A DNA stretch of 39,064 nucleotides from Octopus sinensis (lineage: Eukaryota), in NCBI RefSeq assembly GCF_006345805.1, contig NW_021832666.1, forward strand, positions 1 through 39,064, written 5' to 3'. Below the pieces are notes generated by a model. The model saw only the letters and a list, made by a program, of their open reading frames with translations, was not told the DNA's origin and did no database searches. The first letter of the stretch is position 1. The number at the start of each line of letters is the position of its first letter. The translations under genes and the position numbers were made by a program. Of the stretch, positions 9,293 through 20,669 are shown in pieces.

Positions 9293-9696
9293 ATCATTTT
9301 TCCAACTTCCCAACACGAGACAGCTCGATATCGGTATCAACGACTGACGAATGATATTTTAAAATTTATTTATATTTGGATTTACATGACTCGAATCATG
9401 GATTTCTCTTGTGGCTTCAGAATTCTTCCTTCTCCAAAGTTCACTACGTAAACATTTTGCTTTGCCCCCCACCCCCCGCTTCTGCCCAAAAGTTTCGGGC
9501 CTTGTGCCTAGAATAGAAAATAAATTATAATTTTCCAACTTCCCAGCACGAGACGGCTCGATATCAGTATCAACGACTGACGAATGATATTTTAAAATTT
9601 AGTTATATTTGGATTTTACATGACTCGAATCATGGAATTCTCTTGTGGCTTCAGAATTCTTCCTTCTCCAAAGTTCACTACGTAAACATTTTGCTT
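9229..9696. repeat. 234-bp tandem duplication (SINE tail plus 3' flank)
   Basis: Two near-identical units ending AAACATTTTGCTT at 9462 and 9696. Confidence 0.9.
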
Positions 9697-10081
9697 ATGT
9701 AACCAAGTGAACTAATAAAGATTTCATGTAGGAATCTGAGCGTAAAATCGGAGTACAATGGCGGCAGTGTGTGCATTATATAACTGCAGGTATTTCACTT
9801 TTTTTACCTCCCTCCCTCTGATATCTGCATAAAAATTCTAGATTATTTACTTCCACATCGACAGGTATGGTGTATTTTTGTTCTTCTTTCTTTCCTTGTG
9901 ACAATATCTACTGTCTTATGCATGATTTAAAGATTTTACTTAGATTTTCTGCCAATATGGAAGCAAGGGTACAAATGCAAGTTATGTATGTATATATATA
10001 TATGCATACATACGTTATGTATATGTATATATTATAATATATATATTATAATATATATATATATATATTTATACTCAAGCA

Positions 10082-10119
10082 ATATATGTACATACATATA
10101 ACCAATTTACGTGTACACA

Positions 10120-10154
<35 letters not shown>

Positions 10155-10236
10155 GTATATGTATATGTATCATCATCATCATCATCGACGCTAAACGATG
10201 ATGATGATGATGATGATGATACATATACATATAATC

Positions 10237-10271
<35 letters not shown>

Positions 10272-10308
10272 TGGTACACGTAAAATTGGTATATGTATGT
10301 ACATATAT
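10082..10308. repeat. Palindrome built from mirrored microsatellite blocks
   Basis: Arms 10082-10187 and 10196-10308, 8-nt loop; unique marker CCAATTTACGTGTAC versus GTACACGTAAAATTGG. Confidence 0.85.
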
Positions 10309-10857
10309 TCCCTTGAGATAAATATAAATACACAACACAACACACACACACACACACACAAACCACAACACACACACACACACAACACATATATATATAT
10401 ATATTTGTTTGGAGAACCGAATCAAGGTGTTTTAAATAAGATAATGTGTGTATCTGTGTATGTGTGTATTTTGTGTGTGTGGTGTATAGTATATATATAT
10501 ATAATATATACAAATATGTATTAAATTTATATATATATTATATATATATATATATATAGTATATATATATGTATATATATATATATATAGATATTATATA
10601 TAATATATATATATATATTATATATATATATATAAATACACCACACAAGTTACTGATATTTTAAAAGAAAATAACAAACTAATGCAGCCAAGGAGAGGTT
10701 TGTAATTTCCCTTCGGGGTGGAGGTGAGGGGGTGGGTGGGTGAAAAATAATTGTTGGGAATACCTGCATCAGAGCGGGGTAAAGAAACGCGGAAACGAAA
10801 CATACTGTAAGCCTACATTAGCAAAATAACTCTCATGAAACAACAATAACACCAACA

Positions 10858-10979
10858 CCAATAATAATAATAATAATAATATAATAATAATAATAATAAA
10901 TAATAGTAGTAATAATAATAATAATAATGAAACAACAACAATAATGATAAAAATAATGATAATAACGATAATAATGGTG

Positions 10980-11033
<54 letters not shown>

Positions 11034-11127
11034 TAGTAATAATAATAATAATAACAACAACAACAATAATGATAAAAATAATGATAATAACAAAAATAAT
11101 GATGATAATAATAATAATAATAATAAC

Positions 11128-11161
<34 letters not shown>

Positions 11162-11163
11162 TA
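10858..11163. repeat. (AAT)n/(AAC)n tract
   Basis: Direct reading. Confidence 0.95.
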
Positions 11164-11423
11164 ATAGAGGTAACTAGAATGTGGAACCTGAAAACAGAAA
11201 CAATTCCTATCATAGTAGGTGCATTAGCCAAAAAACACCAGGACTTACAAACAATATAACATACAGAAAATTGCACTACTAGGCACTGACACACATCCTA
11301 CGCAGAAGAACACTTTCCATACAATAACCATCAGGCATCACAACAAATCACAGTACATACCCAAGGCACACAGAGCGCACTCGGTCGTGAAAGTGAAAGC
11401 ACGCTATAAAAATAAAACTACTG
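11164..11423 (+). mobile_element. 5'-truncated 3' end of the Dong/R4-like element, inside (AAT)n
   Basis: Homologous to ~30430-30717 (IEVTRMWNLKTETIPIIVGAL; terminus TATAAAAATAAAACTACTG), with (AAT)n on both sides. Confidence 0.9.
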
Positions 11424-11459
11424 AATAATGATAATAATAATAATAATAATCATAAACTT

Positions 11460-11844
11460 TTCTACTTTACGCAGAAGGCCCGAAATTTTCGGGGAAACGC
11501 CAGTCGGTGAGATCGACCCCAGTACGAGACTGGTACTTAATTTATCGACCCCGAAAGGATGAAAGGGGTCCTCGGCAGAATTTGAACTGAGAACGTAAAG
11601 ACAGACGAAATACCTGTTTCTTTATTACCCACAAGGGGTAAACATAGAGGGGACAAACAAGGACAGACAAACAGATTAAGTCGATTATATCGACCCCAGT
11701 GCGTAACTGGTACTTATTTAATCGACCCCGAATGGATGAAGAGCAAAGTCGACCTCGACGGAATTTGAACTCAGAACATAGCGGCAGACGAAATACGACT
11801 ACGCATTTCGCCCGGCGTGTTAACGTTTCTGCCAGCTCGCCGCC
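11460..11844 (-). mobile_element. SINE family A dimer (full A1 copy plus headless unit with A2 tail)
   Basis: Junction GAAACA|GGTATTTC on the minus strand at 11615/11614. Confidence 0.85.
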
Positions 11845-11863
11845 TTAGAAACCACATTAACGC

Positions 11864-11939
11864 CTCCCCGGCGGGTAGTCGAATCCCGTTCTCCCGCATG
11901 ACAGGCGGGGTGAGGTACACACCGCTATACTACCGAGGA
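11864..11939 (-). pseudogene. tRNA-Asp(GTC) pseudogene/variant
   Basis: Minus strand TCCTCGGTAGTATAGCGGTGTGTACCTCACCCCGCCTGTCATGCGGGAGAACGGGATTCGACTACCCGCCGGGGAG: recognisable eukaryotic tRNA-Asp, anticodon GTC at 11900-02, ~4-nt insertion after the D arm, A-A mismatch in the T stem. Confidence 0.85.
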
Positions 11940-11987
11940 TAATAATAATGATAATGATAATTATTTCTTTTTGGGGCTACAAAGGCC

Positions 11988-12192
11988 TGATGTGGGTAGT
12001 AAAGAAATAGGTATTTCGTCTGCCGTTGCATTCTGAGTTCAAATTCCGCCGAGGTTGACTTTTCCTTTCATCCTTTCGGGGTCGATTAAATAAGTACCAG
12101 TTACGCACTGGGGTCGATATAATCGACTTAATCCGTTTGTCTGTCCTTGTTGTCCTCTCTAGGTTTAGCCCCATGTGGGCAGTAAAGAAATA
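11988..12192 (+). mobile_element. SINE family A, starting inside a tandem junction
   Basis: Tail remnant GTGGGTAGTAAAGAAATA then GGTATTTCG unit from 12010. Confidence 0.88.
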
Positions 12193-12393
12193 ATTATTTA
12201 CGGACGATATTGTTTTGGGACGCAAAAAACCAAATCGTTTTTCAAAGATGCACCGTTTCAGAACCCTTTTGACTACACATACATAACATACACACTCGCA
12301 TTATAGAGCATATACTCTTATATAATATCTATAGATATATATATAATATATATTATATATATATATATACTATATTATATATATATATATATA

Positions 12394-12834
12394 TAATTTC
12401 AACAATTGAGGGTTAAAATTAATTAATAAAATCAATTTCACAAGTATTCAGTATGCAAAGGGACCATTTAAGGCAAATTCAAATTATTACATTATATAAA
12501 AAGGGCTTAGTTAAAATAAATTACTTTGGCCGCCATACTGAACTCGTTAGAAATAGCAGCTAAAAAAAACTATTTCTAACACTTAAGACAAACCTCTTCA
12601 TATAGGGCTTGCTCAATTCAAACCCAAGAAAGTATGGGGTAGAGACATTAAAAAATCAAATAACCTTTGCATGTGATTTTTAATGTCTCTACCCTCATAC
12701 TTTCTTGGGTTGAATTGAGCAAAGCACTATATGAGAGAGGTTTCTTTAAGTGTTAGAAATAGTTTTTTAGCTGCTATTTCTAACGAGTTCAGTTGCGGCA
12801 AAAGTAATTTATTTAATACGCCCTTTTATATAAT
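12394..12834. repeat. Unclassified fold-back element, ~165-bp arms, between (TA)n tracts
   Basis: 12491-12658 is the imperfect reverse complement of 12674-12834; 15-nt loop. Confidence 0.85.
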
Positions 12835-12882
12835 ATATATATATATTATATAATCAAAATAAGCAACAAGAATGACTCCGGT

Positions 12883-12973
12883 AATTTGGTACAATCGTTT
12901 CGTACTACATCATTTTATTAAATGTTGTTAGTATTACAACAGATTTAAGATGCTGAGTACTCTTCAGCCAATT
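12883..12973 (-). ncRNA. Type I hammerhead ribozyme
   Basis: Minus strand: AATTGG CTGAAGA GTACT...AGTAC GAAA CGATTG TA CCAAATT. Confidence 0.85.
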
Positions 12974-13528
12974 ATAGAGGCTTTCCATTAATACAAAAGT
13001 TTTCAAATCAAGTGGCAACATTATAGAGAAGGTAGATATACAGACAAAGATGTAGATTTAAATTTTAAGAATATATGAGGTAGTGAAGTCCTTCTGCTGA
13101 CTGACCAAGATATGGCTGTTCCTAAACTGCTATAAAGTTAGAAGCAATAAAGATTTTTTTAATTGTAAAAATGGGGTAAAGGAGGTTTCAGAATACCATA
13201 AAAGGAATTCCTGTTGAAGACAGCAGTTGCCACTAACAAATGCCAATTACTACTATTTGGTGAGAGAAACTAGGTTAATGTCAAATGGTCATTAATGCCA
13301 TTTACGGAGAGTGTAATTTAGAGAAAAAAAGAGAAAACCTATCAATAAATGATAGGTTTTTCCCTTTTTTCTCTAAATTACATTTTTATGGTATTCTGAA
13401 ACCTCCTTTACTCCATATATTCTTAAAATTCACATCTACATCTTGTATATCTACATGTCTGTATATCTACCTTCTCTATAATGTTGCCACTTGATTTGAA
13501 AACTTTTGTTTTAATGGAAAACCTCTAT

Positions 13529-13619
13529 AATTGGCTGATGAGTACTCAGCATCTTAAATATGTTGTAATACTTACAACTTTTAATAAAATGTTGTAGTAT
13601 GAAACAATTGTACTAAATT
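13529..13619 (+). ncRNA. Type I hammerhead ribozyme
   Basis: AATTGG CTGATGA(13535-41) GTACT...AGTAT GAAA(13601-04) CAATTG TA CTAAATT; G-U wobbles in stems I and II. Confidence 0.8.
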
Positions 13620-14516
13620 ACCGGAGTCATTCTTGTTGCTTATTTTGATTATAATCACCCCGGAAATTTTTATGGATAACACCATACAAAATTATTCTGG
13701 TGCATCTAAATTAAGTATCATATTCATTCGAATCTAAATTTTTGCTGAACTTATATATATATAAATATATATATATACATGTATGTATGTACAAACAGGA
13801 GAGATAAATATTCCTTGTTTTATGAATGTTGACAATGACCTCGAAGTTTTGCTAAATATTGTCTTTTCAAAATGGTATATTTATGTGTGCGTGTGTGTGT
13901 GTGCGCGCCTCAGTTTGATGGGTGTGATATTCAAAAGTGGTACCGGTTCAGTTTCCCGCTAGAAATAGCTAAAATATTAACGAACTTTAAGCTGGGCGGA
14001 GAGCGAGTGACATCTATGGTGCGAATTTCAGTCCATTGTATGATGTCAACGAATCGTTGATCTATTGAGGAGGAGGTGGGGGGGTCAATATTTATCAAAT
14101 AAACAAATAAATAAGTAAATGTATAAATAAAAATAAAATAAGTAAAATAAACGGACACGCACGTACACATTCACACACGCTTTGGCAGATAGCAGCACAG
14201 ATCCGTTTACGCTACGAAGGCGGGTTTCGTATTAAGTTTCCTTTTAAACGTGAATTTGACCGGTAATTAAGTGTATACATTACGTACTTTAAATGTTAGT
14301 AATTGCTGAAGTAATAACACATGCAATGAAGCACGTACGCACACGCACACACACGCACACACACGCACACACACACACAAACGCACACACACACACACAC
14401 AAACACACACAAACACACACACTGAAAGTTATATATGTGTATATATATATATATATATGCACATATACATACATACATGCATACAGAACACACACATAAA
14501 CACACGTACACACATA

Positions 14517-14556
<40 letters not shown>

Positions 14557-14915
14557 CATACATATATATGCATATATATGTAATACATATATACACATAC
14601 ATATATATATATATATGTTATATATATATATATACATATATATATATGTAAATATATATATATATATATATATATTTATATTATATATATATATTATACA
14701 TACACACATATGTGTGTGAGTGTATTGTATGCAGTGTTTGTGTGTGTGTGAGTATGTATATATATATGTAATATATGCTTGGGTGCACTTGCTATCTCGT
14801 TTAGCAGTTGGTTCGTACGTAGATTGAATTAATGAGAGCAAGCTGGTAAAAACAACTGCGTGAAGGTTGTTGCTGTTGTTGCTGTTGTTGCTGCTGCTGC
14901 TTTTACTGTTGTTGC

Positions 14916-14946
<31 letters not shown>

Positions 14947-14983
14947 GTTGTTGTTGTTGTTGTTGTTGTTGTTTGTTATTTAA

Positions 14984-15195
14984 GGCGGCGAGCTGGCAGA
15001 ATCGTCATCAGGCCGGGCAAAAAACTTAGCGGTATTTCTTTCGTCTGCCGTTACGTTCTGAGTTCAAATTCCGCCGAGGTCGACTTTGCCTTTCGGGGTC
15101 GATAAATTAAGTACCAGTTGCGCAGTGGGGTCGATGTAATCGACTGTTCCCCTCCGAGCAAATTTCAGGCCTCGTGCCTCTTGTAGAAAGGACTA
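14984..15195 (+). mobile_element. SINE family A, tail A2
   Basis: Full head plus central domain; tail AAATTTCAGGCCTCGTGCC..GTAGAAAGG. Confidence 0.88.
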
Positions 15196-15844
15196 CTAAT
15201 ATTATTGTTGTTGCTGCTATTCCTCCTCCTCCTCCAATATCGTCATCATCATCATCATCACCAATATTTTCCTCATCAATTTCTTCTTCTTCTTCTTCAA
15301 CCCCACCACCCCACCCACCTCACCAAAACGATCATCATCATCATCATTATTATCATCACCTTTTTCTTTTTCTTCTTCTTCTTCTTCTTCTTCTTCTTCT
15401 TCTTCTTCTTCTACTCTCTTCTACTCTTCCTCTCCCCTTTTTCCTCCACTTTCTCTTCTTTCCCCTCCCATTTGAACCCTGGGGTTAATGCTATCGATCC
15501 CCCCCATTCTTGATTGCTGTCCTTGTGCCAAAATTAAAGAGAATTATTAAATTTTATTGAATTATGACTGAATTACATCATGATTCTGCAAGCACACAAC
15601 TGTTGTAAAGAATATTTACCATTTGTAGGATCCGTTGACTAGAAGACCAGAAATATATATTTCGCTGCCAGCAACGTGTATACTTTATCCAATCTTAGGC
15701 CAGAAACTACAAAACCAACAGCAAAAACAACAAAAACAGCAACAGCAGTAACAACAACGTAAAATATATAACACTACCTCGTTCAGCTTTCTCCTGTTTG
15801 AAGTAAAGCCTGAATATATTTTACCTTGAGCAGTCCTAGCTCCT

Positions 15845-15880
15845 GACTCTTGACAAAGGTCTTCAATCCGAAACGTCGCC
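15845..15880 (+). ncRNA. Decayed minimal hammerhead-like motif
   Basis: TTGACAA A GG-TCTTCAAT-CC GAAA CG TC; two core substitutions and no stem I, so probably inactive. Confidence 0.35.
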
Positions 15881-16032
15881 ACATTTAAAAAAAACTTTTA
15901 TTTACAGTGACTGTGCTTCTACTACCACAATTCCCCGCACACTAGATACCGACTTTCTAAAGATTAAAAAGAAGCAAACTGGAATGTTTTGAACGGGTAC
16001 TTTACCGTTTATAGTTTTATTATCATTATTAT

Positions 16033-16365
16033 TGAGTGAGAGAGCAGTGCATGCCATCAAAGTGACACTGGGGTAAAATATACGAAGCCCAGTATACCCA
16101 TCATGACTACCCGTCTGATAAGGGTACACCAGGCACATGCATCACAACCATGTGTGTGCAACATAGTGATCTCATATCAAGATAAACAGCACATGACCTT
16201 GCAGGTGGAGCCCAGTTAGAATTTTCTTCAGGTCGAGTAACACATCCCGCTCACAGGGTCCCTGAAAAAGGGTTGTTTAAGGATTTTGATTGAACCACCC
16301 ATGTATCCAGAGGTGAATTATTTCAAACCTCAAAGAATCCCTCTCGACACATGGCTATGATGCTC

Positions 16366-16366
<1 letters not shown>
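16033..16366 (-). mobile_element. Dispersed retro-type repeat ending CTCTCACTC(AAT)n, flanked by (ATT)n
   Basis: 3' part shared with 27810-27886 (plus strand). Confidence 0.7.
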
Positions 16367-16369
<3 letters not shown>

Positions 16370-16452
<83 letters not shown>

Positions 16453-16471
16453 TTATTATTATATTATATCA

Positions 16472-16547
<76 letters not shown>

Positions 16548-16682
16548 CATCATTATCTTATCATTATTATTATTATCATTATCATTATTATTATTATATA
16601 GTATTATTATTATATATTATTTTATTATTATTATTATTATTATTATATTATTTTATTATTATTATTATCATTATTATTATTT
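16370..16682. repeat. (ATT)n tract
   Basis: Direct reading. Confidence 0.95.
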
Positions 16683-17272
16683 AATTCCCCAGGTAATTAC
16701 AGATAAGGGTTATCATCTGAACATCTGTAATTATCAGAGGAAAATGATAAAAACGAAATGATAACTGGGTCAGCCTTCTTTTAAATTCAAGGTTGGGAAC
16801 CTCGTATGTTTGAAATCTCATTCAGCTAAGACACCCCCTCACTTCCCCCCCCCCCCTCCCTCCGCGAAGTAGATCTCTTTTACGCCGCCCTTAACATTTC
16901 CATCTCTCACTCCCCCTGTCTTTCTTCTCTTGCTCCGTTATCCTCTCCCTCTTTTTTTCTCCTTCTCACCCCATCTCCTCTTCTTCTCTTTCTCTTTCTC
17001 TCTTTCTCATTCGCTTTTTCTTTTTCTCCATTTGCAATACCCGAGAGACATCTACTGGAAGGTTTTATTCCAAACACGGTATGTTTGTATATAGATACAT
17101 GTGCACTCGCACGCATGTATATAGATACATGTGTGTGAGTGCATATATATATATATATATATATATACGTATATATATATATATATGTAGGTCCCGGGTT
17201 GATTCGGGGTTAACCACAGTAAATAAGGTACTCAATACATAGCAGAGTAAAATTAATTTATTATATAGAAGG

Positions 17273-17322
17273 AACTTCTACAGGACAAGAACTGTTTCAT
17301 TCAAAGAAATCTTCAGGAAGCT
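17273..17322 (-). ncRNA. Type I hammerhead ribozyme (mirror copy)
   Basis: Minus strand: AGCTTC CTGAAGA TTTC-TTT-GAAT GAAA CAG-TTCTTGTC-CTG TA GAAGTT. Confidence 0.7.
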
Positions 17323-17369
17323 TCCTGAAGATTTCTCTTGAATGAAACAGTTCTAGTCCTGTAGAAGCT
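17319..17369 (+). ncRNA. Type I hammerhead ribozyme
   Basis: AGCTTC CTGAAGA(17325-31) TTTC-TCTT-GAAT GAAA(17344-47) CAG-TTCTAGTC-CTG TA GAAGCT; 4-bp stem III, cut after A17363; U-U at the first stem II position is non-canonical. Confidence 0.72.
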
Positions 17370-17406
17370 CCTTCTATATAATTAATATATATATATATAT
17401 ATATAC

Positions 17407-17450
<44 letters not shown>

Positions 17451-17476
17451 TTATATATATATATATATATTATATA

Positions 17477-17891
17477 CTCTTTTACTCTTTTACTCTTTTA
17501 CTTGTTTCAGTCATTTGACTGCGGCCATGCTGGAGCAACGCCTTTAATCTAGCAACTCGACCCGGGACTTATCTTTTGTAAGCCCAGTACTTGTTCTATC
17601 GGTCTCTTTTGCCGAACCGCTAAGTACGGGGACATAACACACCAGCATCGGTTGTCAAGCAATGCTAGGGGGACAAACACAGACACACAAACCAGACACA
17701 CACACACACACACACGCATATATATATATACATATATACGACGGGCTTCTTCCAGTTTCTGTCTACCAAATCCACTCACAAGGCCTTGTCGGCCCGAGGC
17801 TATAGTAGAAGACACTTGCCCGGTGCCACGCAGTGGGACTGAACCCGGAACCATGTGGTTGGTAAACAAGCTACTTACCACACAGCCACTC
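17477..17891 (-). mobile_element. Bipartite SINE family B, near full length
   Basis: Head, (TA/TG)n linker, tail module and (AAAAGAGT)n end. Confidence 0.92.
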
Positions 17892-18139
17892 ACATATATA
17901 TATATATATAATATATATATATACATACATATATATGTAATACGTATACACCACACACACACACACATACACGAATATATATCTGTTTAAATATGTTTGG
18001 GATATGTTAGGGGTTTTACTAGTGGTAATGTAGCCTCAGCCTCACCCCGCCGGTAAACCAATGCACTGGACCCAATGGTATTGATTTATTTATGGACCGT
18101 AAGTCACAGCAAACGCAGACTAGAAGTCCGCGTGACCCG

Positions 18140-18189
18140 TGAGGCCTCTGGCCAATTGCCTAGTCTGCCCATGTATTAAGGCAACCCTG
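18140..18189 (-). mobile_element. Possible hAT-type MITE terminus
   Basis: Minus strand CAGGGTTGCCTTAATACATGGGCAGACTAGGCAATTGGCC resembles CAGGGCCG..TTAA..CATGGGCA termini (recall only); no partner found. Confidence 0.3.
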
Positions 18190-18320
18190 GATATATTTGA
18201 TCTTGTTTTACAATGCTCTTTGATGTTATCAGTGAAGGCATTGCTAGCTTCTCTACCATCCACAGCCCTATGTACCGCAAGAAAGACAACTCTGAATTGA
18301 CTTGGAAACCATCGTGCCCT

Positions 18321-18712
18321 TCTATCTATCTATCCGTTCAGTCGAAGTCGACTCTCGGTTACTCGATGTATCAGTGTCCTCCAGTCAGTTCTATCCTGGG
18401 TCGCTTCTTTCAGATTGGCTATGTCCATTCCCGTGTCACTCTTGATGGTGTAAAGCCATCGGGTTCTTGGTCGGCCTCTTCCTCTCTTGCCATTGACCAT
18501 TGCGAGCATGATGTCCTTCTCCAGGGATTTTCTCCGCATAATATGACCAAAATATGTCAATCTATGCTTGGTGATCCTAGCTTCCAGCGACAGTTTCGGC
18601 TTGATCTGGTTAAGAACTTCTCCATTGGTGAGTCTCGCTGTCCATGGAATCCGTAGAAGTCTTCTCCAACACCAAAGCTCGAATGCATTAATTCTCTTCT
18701 GGTCAGCTCTTT
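18321..18712 (-). mobile_element. 5'-truncated RTE (BovB-like) LINE 3' end with (GATA)n tail
   Basis: RADQKRINAFELWCWRRLLRIPWTAR...TYFGHIMRR.SLEKDIMLAMVNGKRGRGRPRTRW...WRTLIHRVTESRLRLNG*. Confidence 0.92.
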
Positions 18713-19019
18713 GTGTCCTTATGGTAAATCATATCAAAATACGAGCTGATTACGTATGACACCTAGAGTAGAGGTAAAATATTGTAGCAAGTCCAAGAAA
18801 GCAGTGTGGCGAGGAGACTATGTTTGGAACATATTTTACCTGCTTAAAGGCCGTATCCGTCGCAATTTGCCGCTGAAAAGAATTCTCGCTTTTGGCAATA
18901 ACGGATACAATAAAGCAATACTCAGTTTTATTTCAAGGTACGCTCTGTTATCGCTCAATACATTTCTAGCTCCTTGGCTATTACCATTGCCGTGTTTTGT
19001 CTGTATATGTACATGGCTA

Positions 19020-19345
<326 letters not shown>

Positions 19346-19486
19346 TCTCTGTCTATCCATCTGCAGATATGTAAGTACGTAAAGAGGTCGCTCAAATGGT
19401 GTATGAAATAATTTAGTAACATTTTATGGGGGACATATATCTTCTCATATAGATGTTAGCTTGTATTATTGTTATTATCATTATTA

Positions 19487-19540
<54 letters not shown>

Positions 19541-19920
19541 TATTATTGGATGGTTTGTTTCCCTTTTATCTTGTCTAATGTGTGGTCCCCACCTCTTGTT
19601 AAACAGAGCGCGACGTTTCCATGCGCACGCATAACAACATACAAATGTATGCATGCATGTATACGAGAATTTTTGTGCGTATATGTATATATATATGTAT
19701 GTATGTATATATGTATGTGTGTTTGTATGTATATATGGTGTGTGTGTGTGTGTGTTTATACATACATATATATATGTAAAAACTCTGAAACTCACAGAAC
19801 TTTTTGAAAGCATACTAATGGCAAGAATAAGGTTTCGTTTTGAATTATCATTTACGCATAAAGATGTACAAAATACATATATACATACATACATACATAC
19901 ATACATACATACATACATCA

Positions 19921-20090
19921 GGATGGCTGCGGGGTAAGAAGCTTGCTTCCCAACTGTATTTTTCCGGGTTCGGACCTACTGCGTGGCGCCTTAGTCAAGC
20001 GTCTTCTAATATAGCCTCAGACCGACCGAAGCCTTGTGGATAGATTTGGCAGGCAGAAACTGTAAGAAGCCCGTTGTGTATACACTCACT

Positions 20091-20140
<50 letters not shown>

Positions 20141-20349
20141 ACACGCACACACACAGAGAGACACAGACACACACACAGAGACACACCACACACACACATA
20201 TGTACGTATGTATTCGTGCGTCTGTGTTTGTCTCTCCACCTCCGCTTGACAGCCGATGTTGGAGTGGTTACGTCCACGTAACGTAACGGTTCGACAAAAG
20301 CGTACGATAGAATAAAGCACAAGGCTTAGAAAGAATAAGTCCTGGGGTC
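19921..20349 (+). mobile_element. Diverged bipartite SINE family B with (CA)n linker
   Basis: Head 19921-~20075; tail module ~20215-20349. Confidence 0.82.
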
Positions 20350-20397
20350 CACACATACACACACACACTAAAACACAAACATACAATGTTTATAGAT

Positions 20398-20428
<31 letters not shown>

Positions 20429-20487
20429 TATGTGTGTGTGTGTGTGGGTGTGTGTGTGTGTTATAAAAATATATATAGAAAAACATC

Positions 20488-20604
20488 AAAAATGGGCAAG
20501 AACGCAAAACATTCAAATAGACGACACAAAAAAAACGGACGGGTCATTCGAATCCTCTAATCTTCAGTCAAGAACCGGATCATCCACGCAATTTCAGCTG
20601 ATTA
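20488..20604 (-). repeat. Second copy of the 5828-5942 repeat, abutting (TA)n
   Basis: Reverse-complement match. Confidence 0.8.
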
Positions 20605-20609
20605 TATAT

Positions 20610-20669
<60 letters not shown>

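Larger units (their letters stand above)
12849..13653. mobile_element. Inverted pair of Penelope-like termini with an internal 13312-13382 hairpin
   Basis: TATAATCAAAATAAGCAACAAGAATGACTCCGG... mirrored by ...CCGGAGTCATTCTTGTTGCTTATTTTGATTATA; each arm carries a hammerhead. Confidence 0.75.
17187..17385. mobile_element. Penelope-like terminus with loop-less inverted duplication, embedded in (TA)n
   Basis: 17260-17320 mirrors 17321-17382 about GGAAG|CTTCC; the minus arm continues through AATAAA to 17187. Confidence 0.75.

Noticed and set aside
9340-9400. CTGACGA in the duplicated unit as a hammerhead
   Set aside because: No compatible stem II, GAAA or cleavage triplet.
11861-11940. HDV-like ribozyme fold on the plus strand
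   Set aside because: The apparent helices are the antisense of a tRNA-Asp cloverleaf; P1/P3/P1.1 geometry does not fit.
16686-16735. 13-bp hairpin (GGTAATTACAGAT/ATCTGTAATTATC) as a pre-miRNA
   Set aside because: Stem too short, with a 4-nt bulge; no recognised seed family.
18311-18720. TSD for the RTE fragment (TCGTGCCCTT versus TTGTGTCCTT)
   Set aside because: Only 8 of 10 match, and the right copy can equally be read as RTE coding sequence.
18850-18912. Imperfect hairpin (GTATCCGT/ACGGATAC, TTGCC/GGCAA) and the 208-aa ORF over it
   Set aside because: Large asymmetric loops; the ORF has no recognisable motif and runs into (TATC)n.
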